DNA of 63,990 nucleotides, counting the filler, from an uncultured Gemmatimonadota bacterium (GTDB taxonomy: Bacteria > GCA-2686955), in assembly GCA_964490075.1 (NCBI GenBank). It is 3 parts of 3 records of this genome, joined end to end, with 100 filler letters (N's around TTAATTAATTAA, not from the genome) between each part and the next. Parts side by side here need not be neighbours in the genome. Positions count along the whole stretch, not along the records: positions 1 to 24,040 come from CAZBBK010000077.1; 2 more parts are not named here. One strand, 5' to 3'. Positions 1 to 9,723 of the stretch are shown in pieces. Numbering within the stretch: the first letter of the stretch is position 1; every line of letters begins with the position of its first letter. The notes under the pieces were generated by a model that saw only the letters and a list, made by a program, of their open reading frames with translations, did not search any database and was not told the origin of the DNA. Made by a program: the position numbers and the translations under genes.

Positions 1-80
1 GTGAAGTGCCGGCCACGCACGGACCTGCGCCGTTTCGCTACGCGATTTGGTGAATAAGGTGGGCTCAGAGGAGCCGCCCG

Positions 81-1307
81 ATGAAGCGCACCGAGCCGCG
101 TCACTGGAACCGCATCTGGCACCCCAGGGAGAGCCCCTTCGCCTCTCCCATGGACGGCCTGTTGCCCTTTCCGGCCAGAGGGGTCCGGCGCGGCTATCGA
201 ATGGTCGAGGACGGCGAGCTGCCGCTACTCTTCGCGCTCCAGGAGCGGATTTGGGGCGAAGAGAACGCAGAGGCGCTGCGCGCGCGCTGGGACTGGCTGC
301 GGCGCAATCCACATGCCGAACCGGGCGAGCGCACCATCCCCGGCTACTTCCGCGGCAATGAGCTGCGCGCCTATCAGATCAACGTGCCGCAACGCTTCCT
401 GGTGCGCGGGCGTCCCTGGCGGGTCTACCTGGTCGGCTCGTTGACCGCCGATCCGGCCACCCCCGGCAGCGCGGCCCGGCTGCACGCCTTCCTCCGGGAC
501 TTCTACCCGGTGAGCTTCTGGGGTTGGGCCGCGCGGGCTCTGGCTCTCTACCGGCGAACCCTGGGCACGGCCGACTATCACCGATTCCCGCGCGCCGCCC
601 TGGCGCCCAGCCCCTACGGCACCGAGCGCCGTCACGCCTCCCGCGCTGCCTTCTTCCACTGGCCGGAGTCCCCCACTCTGGTCCGACCCTTGCGGACCGA
701 TCCGTACCTCGGCGCACGACCGCTGACCCTGGCGGCAAACGCCGCCGCCCGCTCCCTCGACCGCGTTCTGCTGCGCCAGCGCGGAGCGATCCGCGTGCGC
801 GAGCTCGCTCGCTTCTCCTCCGCGCTCGATCCCTGGCTGCGAGCCACCGCGGCCACGCACCCCTTCATCCTGGATCGCGACTCTTCGTACCTGAACTGGC
901 GCTTCCTGGACTGCCCCTTCGCGAGCTACCGCGTCTTCCTGGTCGAGCGCGGCTCCGGATCGCCGATCGGTGTCGCGATCGTGGAGCGCGTGCAGGGCCC
1001 GCGTGGGCACGACGCCTGGCGACTGAGCGACCAGCTCACCGCCCACCGGCGGCCGGAGCACACCACGGCGTTGCTCAAGTGCGTGCTGCGCGAAGCGCAC
1101 CGGGCGGGCGTCTGCTCGGTGCGGGCACGCGACCCACAAGACGCCCAGCTGATGCGCGCCTACCGCGGCCTCGGCTTCCAACCCCGCGGAGCAGACCCTC
1201 GTCACCTGATCTTCTGGCGCCCGCCCCTCGACCTCGAGCCCGAGACGATCGCCGAGCGCGCGGCGTGGCCGGTCTCGTGGGCCGACGGCGATCCGCGGTT
1301 GGTATGA
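81..1307 (+). CDS. GNAT-fold acetyltransferase-like protein
   Basis: 408-aa ORF; the segment RDSSYLNWRFLDCPFASYRVF resembles tandem GNAT proteins of polysaccharide loci. Confidence 0.55.
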   Translation: MKRTEPRHWNRIWHPRESPFASPMDGLLPFPARGVRRGYRMVEDGELPLLFALQERIWGEENAEALRARWDWLRRNPHAEPGERTIPGYFRGNELRAYQINVPQRFLVRGRPWRVYLVGSLTADPATPGSAARLHAFLRDFYPVSFWGWAARALALYRRTLGTADYHRFPRAALAPSPYGTERRHASRAAFFHWPESPTLVRPLRTDPYLGARPLTLAANAAARSLDRVLLRQRGAIRVRELARFSSALDPWLRATAATHPFILDRDSSYLNWRFLDCPFASYRVFLVERGSGSPIGVAIVERVQGPRGHDAWRLSDQLTAHRRPEHTTALLKCVLREAHRAGVCSVRARDPQDAQLMRAYRGLGFQPRGADPRHLIFWRPPLDLEPETIAERAAWPVSWADGDPRLV

Positions 1308-1311
1308 AAGA

Positions 1312-2613
1312 CTACTGGCAACAGGTGCTGCAACAGTCGATCGCCACGCCGAAGTCCAGGCTGGTGAGCGTGGTGTCGCAGTCGTAGACCTGGTAGGCGA
1401 AGGGGAGCAGGTCGCAGAAGTTGGCGGGAGTGTTGACCCGCTTGTTACCGCAAATGGTGTCTTCTGTGGCGGAGACCTTCAACAGCGGGGCCCAAGAGCC
1501 GTCGCCCTGAGCCGTCGCCCACACGCTGTAGTCCTGATCGAGGAACACATAGGGCCGATCGTTGGCGTCGATCGAAACCTGTGGGTAGGTGGCGTTGCTG
1601 GGCGGGAATTCGCCGGATTGGGTGCCGATCGGAGGGATCGTCCAGGTGACGGCATCTCCTTCCAAGGTGCCGCTGGCGTAGCGGGCACCGAAATCCACCC
1701 CTTCGTCCTGATAGACGAAATGCAGCTCACCGTTGCTGGCGGCCGCCAGCGACCAGTGCAGGTGCATCGACGTGATGGCGTCGTAGGGCGCGGCCATGGT
1801 ATCGATCGGGGCGACGGTCCAGGGAGCGAGCGGATCGTCGGCGTTGTCGCGGAAGGCAAAGTGCTTGCTGCGCGTCGAGTCGCCGTCGTCGTGGAAGAGC
1901 AGCCCGATCCGGTCGGCGAAAGCGATGATCCGAGCACTCTTGCGCGGCGCCAGGTTCTTCGATCCGAAGACTTGAGCAGCGGCGTTCCAGGTGTCGCCCT
2001 CGTCGGTGCTGTAGCTGACCTTGACCTGGACGCTGTCGATACCGTCGTTGGCGGTGTAGGCGCACCACAGCCGCGACTCGGCGACGCCGAGCTCACGGGC
2101 GATGGTCGCCCGCCCCGCGCCCGAGGCGAAGACGATCGACACGGGGGCCTTCTCCCAGAGCTCCGTATCGGGGTTGTAGGTCAAGCGGTGGTACTCCACG
2201 CCCTGGTGGAAGTCGCCGTCGAAGGTCCCGCTGACCACGATGTGCAGGGTGCGCTCGGCATCGAGAATGCCGTCCGAAACCACCCGGTAGCCGGAATCGA
2301 TCCGCAGCAGATCCTGCCAGGCGGGGGTCGCGGCGCCCCACTCGGCCCAATGCAACCAGATCCCTCCCGGATCGTGGCGGCCATGCTGGGCGGTGGCCAG
2401 GAGTCCCCTGCGCCCGATTCCCCAGACTTCGTCGGTCACCCACAGATGGCGCATGAAGCGGGTGCTGGTGATCAGGCTGTGTTCGCTCGTCACCTCGCTG
2501 TCGAGATCGCGCAGCTGAGCGGGCAGCACGCAGATCTCGACGGCATGGGCGCTTCCCGCGAGGGCGAGGAGCGCGAGCATGAGCACTGGCCGGACTCGGC
2601 CTAGCAGATTCAT
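1312..2613 (-). CDS. Secreted BNR/Asp-box (sialidase-like) repeat protein
   Basis: GGAGG RBS before ATG 2613; signal peptide LLALAGSAHA; Asp-box STDEGDTW; Cys-rich tail CCSTCCQ. Confidence 0.6.
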   Translation of the reverse strand: MNLLGRVRPVLMLALLALAGSAHAVEICVLPAQLRDLDSEVTSEHSLITSTRFMRHLWVTDEVWGIGRRGLLATAQHGRHDPGGIWLHWAEWGAATPAWQDLLRIDSGYRVVSDGILDAERTLHIVVSGTFDGDFHQGVEYHRLTYNPDTELWEKAPVSIVFASGAGRATIARELGVAESRLWCAYTANDGIDSVQVKVSYSTDEGDTWNAAAQVFGSKNLAPRKSARIIAFADRIGLLFHDDGDSTRSKHFAFRDNADDPLAPWTVAPIDTMAAPYDAITSMHLHWSLAAASNGELHFVYQDEGVDFGARYASGTLEGDAVTWTIPPIGTQSGEFPPSNATYPQVSIDANDRPYVFLDQDYSVWATAQGDGSWAPLLKVSATEDTICGNKRVNTPANFCDLLPFAYQVYDCDTTLTSLDFGVAIDCCSTCCQ

Positions 2614-2799
2614 CAATGGGCCTCCTGGGCGTCGAGATGCGGGGGCCGGGACCTTGCCCCCGACTCGAATCGGAGCCTCGATCATAACCTTCGCTCGCGT
2701 ACCAATCTCGCGCCCCCCCTTCGCTACTATCGGAGCGCCCGGCCCTCTAGCTGAGCGGGACCCGGGGATCTCGGCCCCCGGCGGTTCCGCTATGTCGCG

Positions 2800-4815
2800 C
2801 TAACGGCCTTGTTTTCGAAGGATTTGCGACGCAGCCGCCGGAGCGCGCGCGGCGTCCAGGTGGATCGGCCGGCCGGCGCCGGTGGGGTCCCAGCGGAACA
2901 CGTCGCCCTTGGGGCTGGTGCCGGCCAGGATGCCGCCGTGGGCCAGGGTGACCATGCTGAGGGCCTGGAATGCGCCCGCCAGCTCCCCCTCGCGGTGCCA
3001 GGTCGCGCCCTCGTCGGCGGAGCGCAGCACCACGCCGCCGACGCCGGGTTCGGTGCCGAGCAAGAGCTCCCCCGCTTCGGTCTCGGCCAGGGCGAAGCCG
3101 TGCACGGCGCGCAGCGAGTCGCCGCTGATCTGCTCGAAGTGGATCTCGCCGGGCGTGGTCTGCACCCAGCCCCGGCCCTCGTCGCGCGAGACCCAGACCC
3201 GGGCGCCGTTGGCGTGCACGAAACCGCTCAGCAGCAGGCTGCCGTCGGCCCGCGCCAGGAAGGCCTCGGCGCGCACCCCGCCGCCGCCGATGCCGGCCAC
3301 GAAGGCCTCGTTCCAGGTGATTCCGCCGTCGGTGGAGTAGTTCGGCGAGCCCTCCAGGGCGCCGCAGAGCACGGTCCCGGCCGGGGTCTCGAAGAGGCTC
3401 TTGACGCCGGTCTCCTGGTTCTGGAGGGGACCGGTGGGCAGCCAGGTGGCGCCGTGGTCGAGGGTGGCGTAGACGGCCGGCCCTTGGGAGACACCCGCCA
3501 AGATGGAGCCGTCGGAGAGCTCCAGCAAGGCACGCACGTGGGTCGCCCCCGGAATGTCGGCCGTGGGACTCCAGGTCTCGCCCTCGTCGAAGGAAACGAA
3601 CACATCCCCGTCGGGGTAGGTGCCAAGGAAAAGCGCCCCATCCGACGCCGGCAGCACGGAGAAGGCCGCCCGGGGACCTGGGATCGGGCCACAGCGGCTC
3701 CAGGAGAGGCCTCCGGTCCGCGATCGGAAGAGCGACGCCCGCGGCTCGGTGGCGGCGTAGATCGTGCCCAGGGCGTCGACCGCCAGGTCGTGGACGTGCC
3801 AGGCGTCGGCGAGGTCTCCGAGGCGCAGCCAGCGCTCGGCGGTGTTCGCGGCCTGGAGCGGCGCCGGCAGGGAGTCGAGATGGGCGACCCAGAGATCCTC
3901 CTCGCCGCGGGTGCCGGGCGCCGCCTCCGACGCGGTGTAGATGCGGCGGCCGTCGGCGGAGAGGTAGGGGGTGCAGGCGCGCGCGTCGCGGTTGACCGGC
4001 GGCCCGACGTTTTCGGGAGGACCCCAGACGGTTCCCATCCAGGTGCTCACCCAGAGGTCGGCGTCGCCGTATCCGCCCGGCCGCGGGTCGCCGAAGTCGG
4101 AGAAGAAGAGCAGGTTGCCGTCGCGGGAGATGAAGGGTTTGACCTCGTTGAAGGGGCTGTTGACCGGTCCCGGCACTTCGCGGTGGCCGACCCAGTCGGT
4201 AATCGCGCCGCTCGGCCCGCGATCGGCGACCCAGATGTCGGAGCCGCGGGTGAAGTAGATCTGTAGGCCGTCGCTGGAGAGGCAGGGGGAGGTGCCGTGG
4301 AAGAGGGTGTCGGCGGGGCCGAACTCGCCGCCGATGTCGCGGATCGAGTACCAGATATGGGCCTCGCGCGAGAAGAGCAGGGTGTCCCCCTCGGCGGTGG
4401 TGGTGGGACGCCGGTCGTCGTCCTCGGTGTTGATGTGGGTGCCCAGGTTGATGCTGGTTCCCCAGGTCCGACTCAGGGGGTCCCACTCGGCGCGGTAGAT
4501 GTCCCAGTGGCCCTGGTGGAGCGAGTCGGGTGGGCCGTTCTCGCCGGTCATGCGCACGAAGAAGAGCTCCGATTCGTCGTCGGTCAGCCAGACGTCGCAT
4601 TCGCTGTCGTAGTTGGCGGCCTCCAGGCTGAGCAGCGGGCTGAAGTTGCCCCCCGGATCCCAGAGCTCGGCGGTCGCTTCGCCCGGGGCGGCGCCGGCGG
4701 CGGGTCGGATCACCTCGCCGGGTTGCAGCTTGCAGGCCTGAGCGGCGGGGAGGGTGCAGAAGATGGTCGCGAGCACGAGCGCGGGAAGCGGCCTGGAATC
4801 GGTCGGTGGGCGCAT
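2800..4815 (-). CDS. Secreted two-part beta-propeller protein (PD40-like repeats + BNR/Asp-box repeats)
   Basis: N-half repeats NLGTHINT..P, NVGPPVN..P.LSADG; C-half Asp-boxes SFDEGETW, TLDHGATW, STDGGITW, SADEGATW; hydrophobic leader. Confidence 0.7.
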   Translation of the reverse strand: MRPPTDSRPLPALVLATIFCTLPAAQACKLQPGEVIRPAAGAAPGEATAELWDPGGNFSPLLSLEAANYDSECDVWLTDDESELFFVRMTGENGPPDSLHQGHWDIYRAEWDPLSRTWGTSINLGTHINTEDDDRRPTTTAEGDTLLFSREAHIWYSIRDIGGEFGPADTLFHGTSPCLSSDGLQIYFTRGSDIWVADRGPSGAITDWVGHREVPGPVNSPFNEVKPFISRDGNLLFFSDFGDPRPGGYGDADLWVSTWMGTVWGPPENVGPPVNRDARACTPYLSADGRRIYTASEAAPGTRGEEDLWVAHLDSLPAPLQAANTAERWLRLGDLADAWHVHDLAVDALGTIYAATEPRASLFRSRTGGLSWSRCGPIPGPRAAFSVLPASDGALFLGTYPDGDVFVSFDEGETWSPTADIPGATHVRALLELSDGSILAGVSQGPAVYATLDHGATWLPTGPLQNQETGVKSLFETPAGTVLCGALEGSPNYSTDGGITWNEAFVAGIGGGGVRAEAFLARADGSLLLSGFVHANGARVWVSRDEGRGWVQTTPGEIHFEQISGDSLRAVHGFALAETEAGELLLGTEPGVGGVVLRSADEGATWHREGELAGAFQALSMVTLAHGGILAGTSPKGDVFRWDPTGAGRPIHLDAARAPAAASQILRKQGR

Positions 4816-4888
4816 CGGATTCCTCTGGCGGATGGTGTCGATCTCATCGTCACGATAACCGTTTCGGACGTGGGTGTAGACTCCCGGC

Positions 4889-5524
4889 ATGACTCGACGC
4901 ATCGATCCCGAGCAGTGGGCGCGGCGGGACCATTACCGCTGGTTTCGCTCGCTGGAGTATCCCTACGTGGGGGTCACGGCCGAGGTCGACGCGACCGACC
5001 TGGAAGCGGACTGCAAGGAGGCGGGATTCTCGCTCTTCGCGGGCTTCCTGCATCGGCTGCTGGCGGCGGCCAACGCGGTGCCCGAGCTGCGCATGAGGAT
5101 TCGCGTGGAGCAGGGACGCGAGCTGGTGGTGGAGCACGAGCGCGTCGATGCCGGCATCACATTGCCGGTCGGAGACGGTCTTTTCACCTTCGCTTCGGTG
5201 CCCTTCACGTCCGGGGTGCGACAGTTCGCGACCGAGCTCGCGGCGCGCCGTGCACGCCTCGGCGACAATCCGCCGCTCGAGCCTTTCGAGAAGGATCGCG
5301 ACGACCTGGTATTCTGTACTTGCCTGCCCTGGATTCGTTTCACGCAAGTGACGCATCCGATGACCACGGCGCGCACCGACAGCGTGCCGCGCATCGCCTG
5401 GGGACGCATCGAAGCACAGGGCTCTCGTCGCACCTGCCCGGTCAACATCCAGGCCCACCATGCGTTGGTGGACGGGGTGCATATCGGGCGCTTTTTCGAG
5501 GAGCTGGAGCGGGGGCTGAGGTGA
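4889..5524 (+). CDS. Chloramphenicol acetyltransferase (CatA)-family O-acetyltransferase
   Basis: 211 aa; W.RR.H..F N-terminus, CLPWIRFT, PRIAWG and catalytic HHALVDGVH motif. Confidence 0.9.
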   Translation: MTRRIDPEQWARRDHYRWFRSLEYPYVGVTAEVDATDLEADCKEAGFSLFAGFLHRLLAAANAVPELRMRIRVEQGRELVVEHERVDAGITLPVGDGLFTFASVPFTSGVRQFATELAARRARLGDNPPLEPFEKDRDDLVFCTCLPWIRFTQVTHPMTTARTDSVPRIAWGRIEAQGSRRTCPVNIQAHHALVDGVHIGRFFEELERGLR

Positions 5525-5528
5525 GGCC

Positions 5529-5816
5529 ATGAAAGAAAGTCGATTCTCCGTCCACAAGGTCTGCACGTATGAGGGTCACGAGATCCGCGTGGAGAAGCGA
5601 TCGCTTTTCTTCACCATGGAGTATTCGCTGATCATCGACGGAGCCAAGCGGGACCAGCTGCTGGGGACCTACGGGCTCTTCATCCTACACGGCATCATCG
5701 ACAGCGACGGCGCCGGGATCCCGGTCGAGGTGCTGATCGAGCAGCGGTGGTGGTCGACGATGTTTCGCTGCAAGGTCGCCGGCCAGTTCATCGAGATGCA
5801 CGGGTACGATCCGTGA
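5529..5816 (+). CDS. Small hypothetical protein (95 aa, beta-rich)
   Basis: Starts 4 bp after the upstream stop with GAGG RBS; its stop overlaps the next GTG start. Confidence 0.7.
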   Translation: MKESRFSVHKVCTYEGHEIRVEKRSLFFTMEYSLIIDGAKRDQLLGTYGLFILHGIIDSDGAGIPVEVLIEQRWWSTMFRCKVAGQFIEMHGYDP

Positions 5817-6724
5817 AGCTAGGCCTCGCGCTGCGCGGGCTGCGGTGGGGTGTCTCGTACATTCTTCGCGCGAGCTTGCGTCGTCGTCGGCCGCCGCTGG
5901 TCGGGGGCCTGGCCCTCACCGACACCTGCAACCTGCGCTGCCGCCACTGCAGCGTCGGCCGCAACACCTTTCCCGAGATGAGCTTCGCGGAGGCGCGGAG
6001 CGCGCTTTCGCGGCTCCGCGCCAAGGGCATCCCGGTGCTCTACATCGAAGGGGGCGAGCCCTTCCTGTGGCGGGACGCCGGCAGGGGGCTCGAGGACGTC
6101 GTCGCCCTGGCGCGCCGGCTCGGCTTCCTCTACACCATCATCTACTCGAACGGCACCTTCCCGCTGCGCACCAGCGCCGACGCGATCTTCGTCAGCATGG
6201 ACGGCCTGCGCAATGCCCACGACGCTCTCCGGGGACGCACCTACGACAAGATCGTCTCCAACATCCTGGCCTCGCGGCACCCCCGCATCTTGATCAACTA
6301 CACCATCAACCGCCACAACGATGCGGACATCGAGGAGTTCTCGTACCAGATCGCGAAGATCGCCAACGTGAAAGGCACCTTTTTCTACTTCTACACGCCC
6401 GATGGCACGCAGCCGGAGACGGACCGCGAGCTGTACCTGGACCTGTCCGAGCGGCGGCGGGTCGTCGAGCGGCTCATCGCCCTCAAACAGGCCGGTGGCC
6501 GGGTCCTGAACTCCACCGCCGGTCTGCGGCTCGCGGTCGGCGAGGGATGGAAGAAGCCGAATTCGCTGGGCTATCTGTTCGCGGAGGGCCGGCTCTATCA
6601 GTGCTGCCGGCACATCGGCAAGCCCGCCGTCTGCGAAACCTGTGGCTACCTCGGTTTTGCCGAGCTGGACCTCATGGCGCGCTTCGACCGCAACTCGATC
6701 GCCTCCGCCATCGGCTATCTCTAG
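5813..6724 (+). CDS. Radical SAM protein with C-terminal Cys cluster
   Basis: CNLRCRHC motif, GGEP, C-terminal CC..CETCG; GTGA start/stop overlap. Confidence 0.9.
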   Translation: MKLGLALRGLRWGVSYILRASLRRRRPPLVGGLALTDTCNLRCRHCSVGRNTFPEMSFAEARSALSRLRAKGIPVLYIEGGEPFLWRDAGRGLEDVVALARRLGFLYTIIYSNGTFPLRTSADAIFVSMDGLRNAHDALRGRTYDKIVSNILASRHPRILINYTINRHNDADIEEFSYQIAKIANVKGTFFYFYTPDGTQPETDRELYLDLSERRRVVERLIALKQAGGRVLNSTAGLRLAVGEGWKKPNSLGYLFAEGRLYQCCRHIGKPAVCETCGYLGFAELDLMARFDRNSIASAIGYL

Positions 6725-6737
6725 GAGCGGAGAGAGC

Positions 6738-7961
6738 ATGGATCCCGCCCGAATCGCCGGCGCCTTTCTCGACGTCCCCGGTCTGTACCTCCACATCCCC
6801 TTCTGCCGCAGCCTCTGCCCTTTCTGTCCCTACAACAAGGTCAAGTACGACGAGGCGCTGGCCACGGACTATCACGCCGCCCTGCAACAGGAGATCTCCC
6901 GGGCCGTAGAGGCCCTCCCCGGCGAGCTCCACTCGCTCTACGTCGGTGGGGGGACCCCCACCCTCTCGCTGGACGCGCTCGAGGCGGCGGTCGCCGACCT
7001 GCGGGTGAAGCACGAGCGCGCGATCGAGGTGCTCCCCGGCCACGCGACCCCGGCGACCCTGGACCGCCTGCGGGCGATGGGCTTCGACTTCGCGTGCCTC
7101 GGGGTGCAGTCGTTCGACGATGCGGTGCTGCGGCACCTGGGACGGCCGAACACGGCCCGGCAGAACCGCGCGGCGATCAGCAACGCGGTCGGTCGTTTCG
7201 AGTGCGTCGACGTCGACCTGATCTTCGACGTCGGCTACCGCGACGGCGCGGCCCTCCTCGCCGACGTGGAGACCTGTGCGTCGCGGGGTGTGGAGCAGAT
7301 CTCCACCTATCCGCTGATGCGATTCGGCTACACGCCCTTCGGCAAGGCTCCCCACGCCCGGCGCAGGGAGCACGAGCTGCTCGACCAGGCCGAGCGGCTC
7401 GCCGAGCGCTACGGCTACGAGCGCCGCTCGGTGTGGACACTCAACCGCCGGGACGCGCCCACCAGCAGCTCGATCACGCGTGAGTTCTACCTGGGCCTGG
7501 GCGCGGGCAGCGCCTCCTTCACCGGGCGGGAATTCTGGATCAACCACTTCAGCGTGCGTCGCTACATCGACGCCGTCGCGCGCGGCGGGCTCCCGGTGGC
7601 CAAGCAGATGCGCCTCCCCGCGAGCGTCTCGGCCCTCTACTACCTGTTCTGGCGGAGCTACGCGAGTCGCCTGGATCTGCGGCGGCTGGATCAGCTCTTC
7701 GGGGCGCGGGTGGGGCTCGTCACCCGGGCAGCTCTGCTGCTCTTCGTGGGCGCGGGGCTGGTCGAGCGGCGCGGTGATGAGGTCAGGCTGTCGCGACGCG
7801 GCCGGGATCTCTATCACGACGTCGAGCGATGGATGACCTACCACTTCATCGAACCGCTGTGGGCGGACATGATGACCGAGCACGGCGAGGCCCCGGCGAC
7901 TGTCAGGGGCAGACGCGCGGGTCGGCTCTGGGCGCTCACCGAACGTGTCTTGCGAGCATGA
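6738..7961 (+). CDS. HemN/HemW-like radical SAM protein
   Basis: LYLHIPFCRSLCPFC, YVGGGTP, GVQSF, YLGLGAGSAS. Confidence 0.9.
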   Translation: MDPARIAGAFLDVPGLYLHIPFCRSLCPFCPYNKVKYDEALATDYHAALQQEISRAVEALPGELHSLYVGGGTPTLSLDALEAAVADLRVKHERAIEVLPGHATPATLDRLRAMGFDFACLGVQSFDDAVLRHLGRPNTARQNRAAISNAVGRFECVDVDLIFDVGYRDGAALLADVETCASRGVEQISTYPLMRFGYTPFGKAPHARRREHELLDQAERLAERYGYERRSVWTLNRRDAPTSSSITREFYLGLGAGSASFTGREFWINHFSVRRYIDAVARGGLPVAKQMRLPASVSALYYLFWRSYASRLDLRRLDQLFGARVGLVTRAALLLFVGAGLVERRGDEVRLSRRGRDLYHDVERWMTYHFIEPLWADMMTEHGEAPATVRGRRAGRLWALTERVLRA

Positions 7962-9397
7962 GCCGCCCCATGCGAGTCCTCTTCCTGCAGAGCGTTCCGA
8001 TCCCGCGCCCGGGGGTGATGCAGCTCGGCGCCGTGCTGCACCAGGCCGGACACCGGTGCCGTGTGGTGGTGGCCGCGGAGGAGCGGGATCCGGTGCGCGT
8101 CGCCCTCCGCTGGCGCTCCGACGTGCTCGCCCTCTCGTGCATGACCGGGGAGCACCGAGAAATGCTGTCGCTGGCGGGGAGGATCCGGACCGGCATGCCT
8201 GGGCTCGTGGTCGTGATGGGCGGCCCGCACGCCACCGCCTGGCCCCAGGTGATCGAGCACCCGGCGCTGGACATCATCTGCCGCGGCGAGGGGGAGGAGG
8301 CGTTCGTGGAGTTGGTCGACCGGCTCGCGGCGGGCGCCGACCCGGGTGATATCGAGAACCTGTGGGTCAAGACGAGCGATGGGGTGCGCCGCAACCCGAT
8401 GCGCCCGCCGCCGCGCGATCTCGACAGCCTCCCCTTTCCCGCCCGCGGGCTCTACCGATCCAACTGGCTCGGCCGGCGGCACCCGATGGTGCTCACCGGC
8501 CGGGGTTGTACCTTCGACTGCTCGTTCTGCATCAATCCGACGATGCGGAGCCTCTACGGCCTCTCCAAGGCGGCGTATTCCCGGCGCCGCTCGCCGGACT
8601 CGGTGCTGGAGGAACTGGAGACCCTCGTCGCGCGTGACCCCGTCAAGGTGGTCGAGTTCGCCGACGACCTCTTCACCCTCGACCACGCCTGGCTGCGCGA
8701 CTTCCTGCCGGCCTACCGGGCGCGCATCAGCCGCCCATTCGTCTGCGACGTCAGGGCCGACACCTTGAACGCGGAGGTCGTGCGCGACCTGCGGCTGGCG
8801 GGGTGCGTGGCGGTGCGCATGGGCGTCGAGTCGGGCAGCGAGCGGGTGCGCCAGCAGGTCTACGGCAAGCGCCTGCCCAGCGCGGTCCTGCACCGGGCGG
8901 CACGGCTCGTCCGGGAGGAGGGGATCCGGCTGCTGACCTACAACATCGTGGGCGCGCCGGGCGAGACCCTGGACGAGGCGCTGGATACGATCCGGCTCAA
9001 CCGCGAGCTCAGGCCCCACTACGCCTGGTGCGGCCTGCTGCAGCCCTTCCCGGGGACGGCGATCCGCGACCAGGCCAAGGACCAGGGGTTCCTGAGCGAC
9101 GACTCCGACCTCGACCGCTTCCCCGCCTCCTTCTTCGCGGTCTCCGTGCTGAGCTCGCGCGACCGGGGCGCCATGGAGAGCCTGCAGCGACTCTTCGACA
9201 TCCTGGTCCAGGTGCCGGTGCCGCTCCGTCTGGTGCGAAGGCTCCTTCGCTTCCCACCGACGCTCTTTCACGACGCTCTGTTCAAGCTCTCGTACGCTCG
9301 CTACGTGTCGAGGATCGAGCGCGTGACCCCGCTCGACGTGCTGCGCACCGGCCTCTCCTCCCACCGCCGCTTCGTGAGTCGGGACCGCGGCGGGTAG
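7958..9397 (+). CDS. Cobalamin-binding domain radical SAM protein
   Basis: MGGPHAT and RGEGE B12-domain motifs; RGCTFDCSFC; GVESGS; PFPGT; ATGA overlap with upstream gene. Confidence 0.92.
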   Translation: MSRPMRVLFLQSVPIPRPGVMQLGAVLHQAGHRCRVVVAAEERDPVRVALRWRSDVLALSCMTGEHREMLSLAGRIRTGMPGLVVVMGGPHATAWPQVIEHPALDIICRGEGEEAFVELVDRLAAGADPGDIENLWVKTSDGVRRNPMRPPPRDLDSLPFPARGLYRSNWLGRRHPMVLTGRGCTFDCSFCINPTMRSLYGLSKAAYSRRRSPDSVLEELETLVARDPVKVVEFADDLFTLDHAWLRDFLPAYRARISRPFVCDVRADTLNAEVVRDLRLAGCVAVRMGVESGSERVRQQVYGKRLPSAVLHRAARLVREEGIRLLTYNIVGAPGETLDEALDTIRLNRELRPHYAWCGLLQPFPGTAIRDQAKDQGFLSDDSDLDRFPASFFAVSVLSSRDRGAMESLQRLFDILVQVPVPLRLVRRLLRFPPTLFHDALFKLSYARYVSRIERVTPLDVLRTGLSSHRRFVSRDRGG

Positions 9398-9470
9398 TTC
9401 TTGGTGGCCCACACCGCGAATACTGTGACGCACCGAGGGCGCGGAGCGTGGGAAACTGGCGACCCGCCCG

Positions 9471-9660
9471 CGCGCGGAGAGGCGCTCGATTTGACACTCC
9501 GCGCACGGAGAAGGACTCGGTTTGACAAATCGATCTCAACTTGACGCAGAAAGCCCTCGAAACCGGCCTTTCTGGGCCATTTGGGACCCTTGGGCCGGGC
9601 AAGCGTCAAACTGAGGTGCTCTCCGTGCGCAAAGTGTCAAACCGAGCGCCTCTCCGCGCG
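9471..9660. repeat. Long imperfect inverted repeat (56-bp arms), MITE/REP-like
   Basis: 9471-9526 pairs with 9605-9660; each arm contains two ctc..tttgac units; lies between convergent genes. Confidence 0.8.
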
Positions 9661-9723
9661 GAAGGGACCGACGCGGCCCACGGCGAGCCCGGGCCGGACG
9701 CCCGAGCCGCATCGCCCCACGAC

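Noticed and set aside
4889-5524. Calling this a mobile chloramphenicol resistance gene
   Set aside because: Family motif only; host-like GC, no mobile context, and substrate unknown
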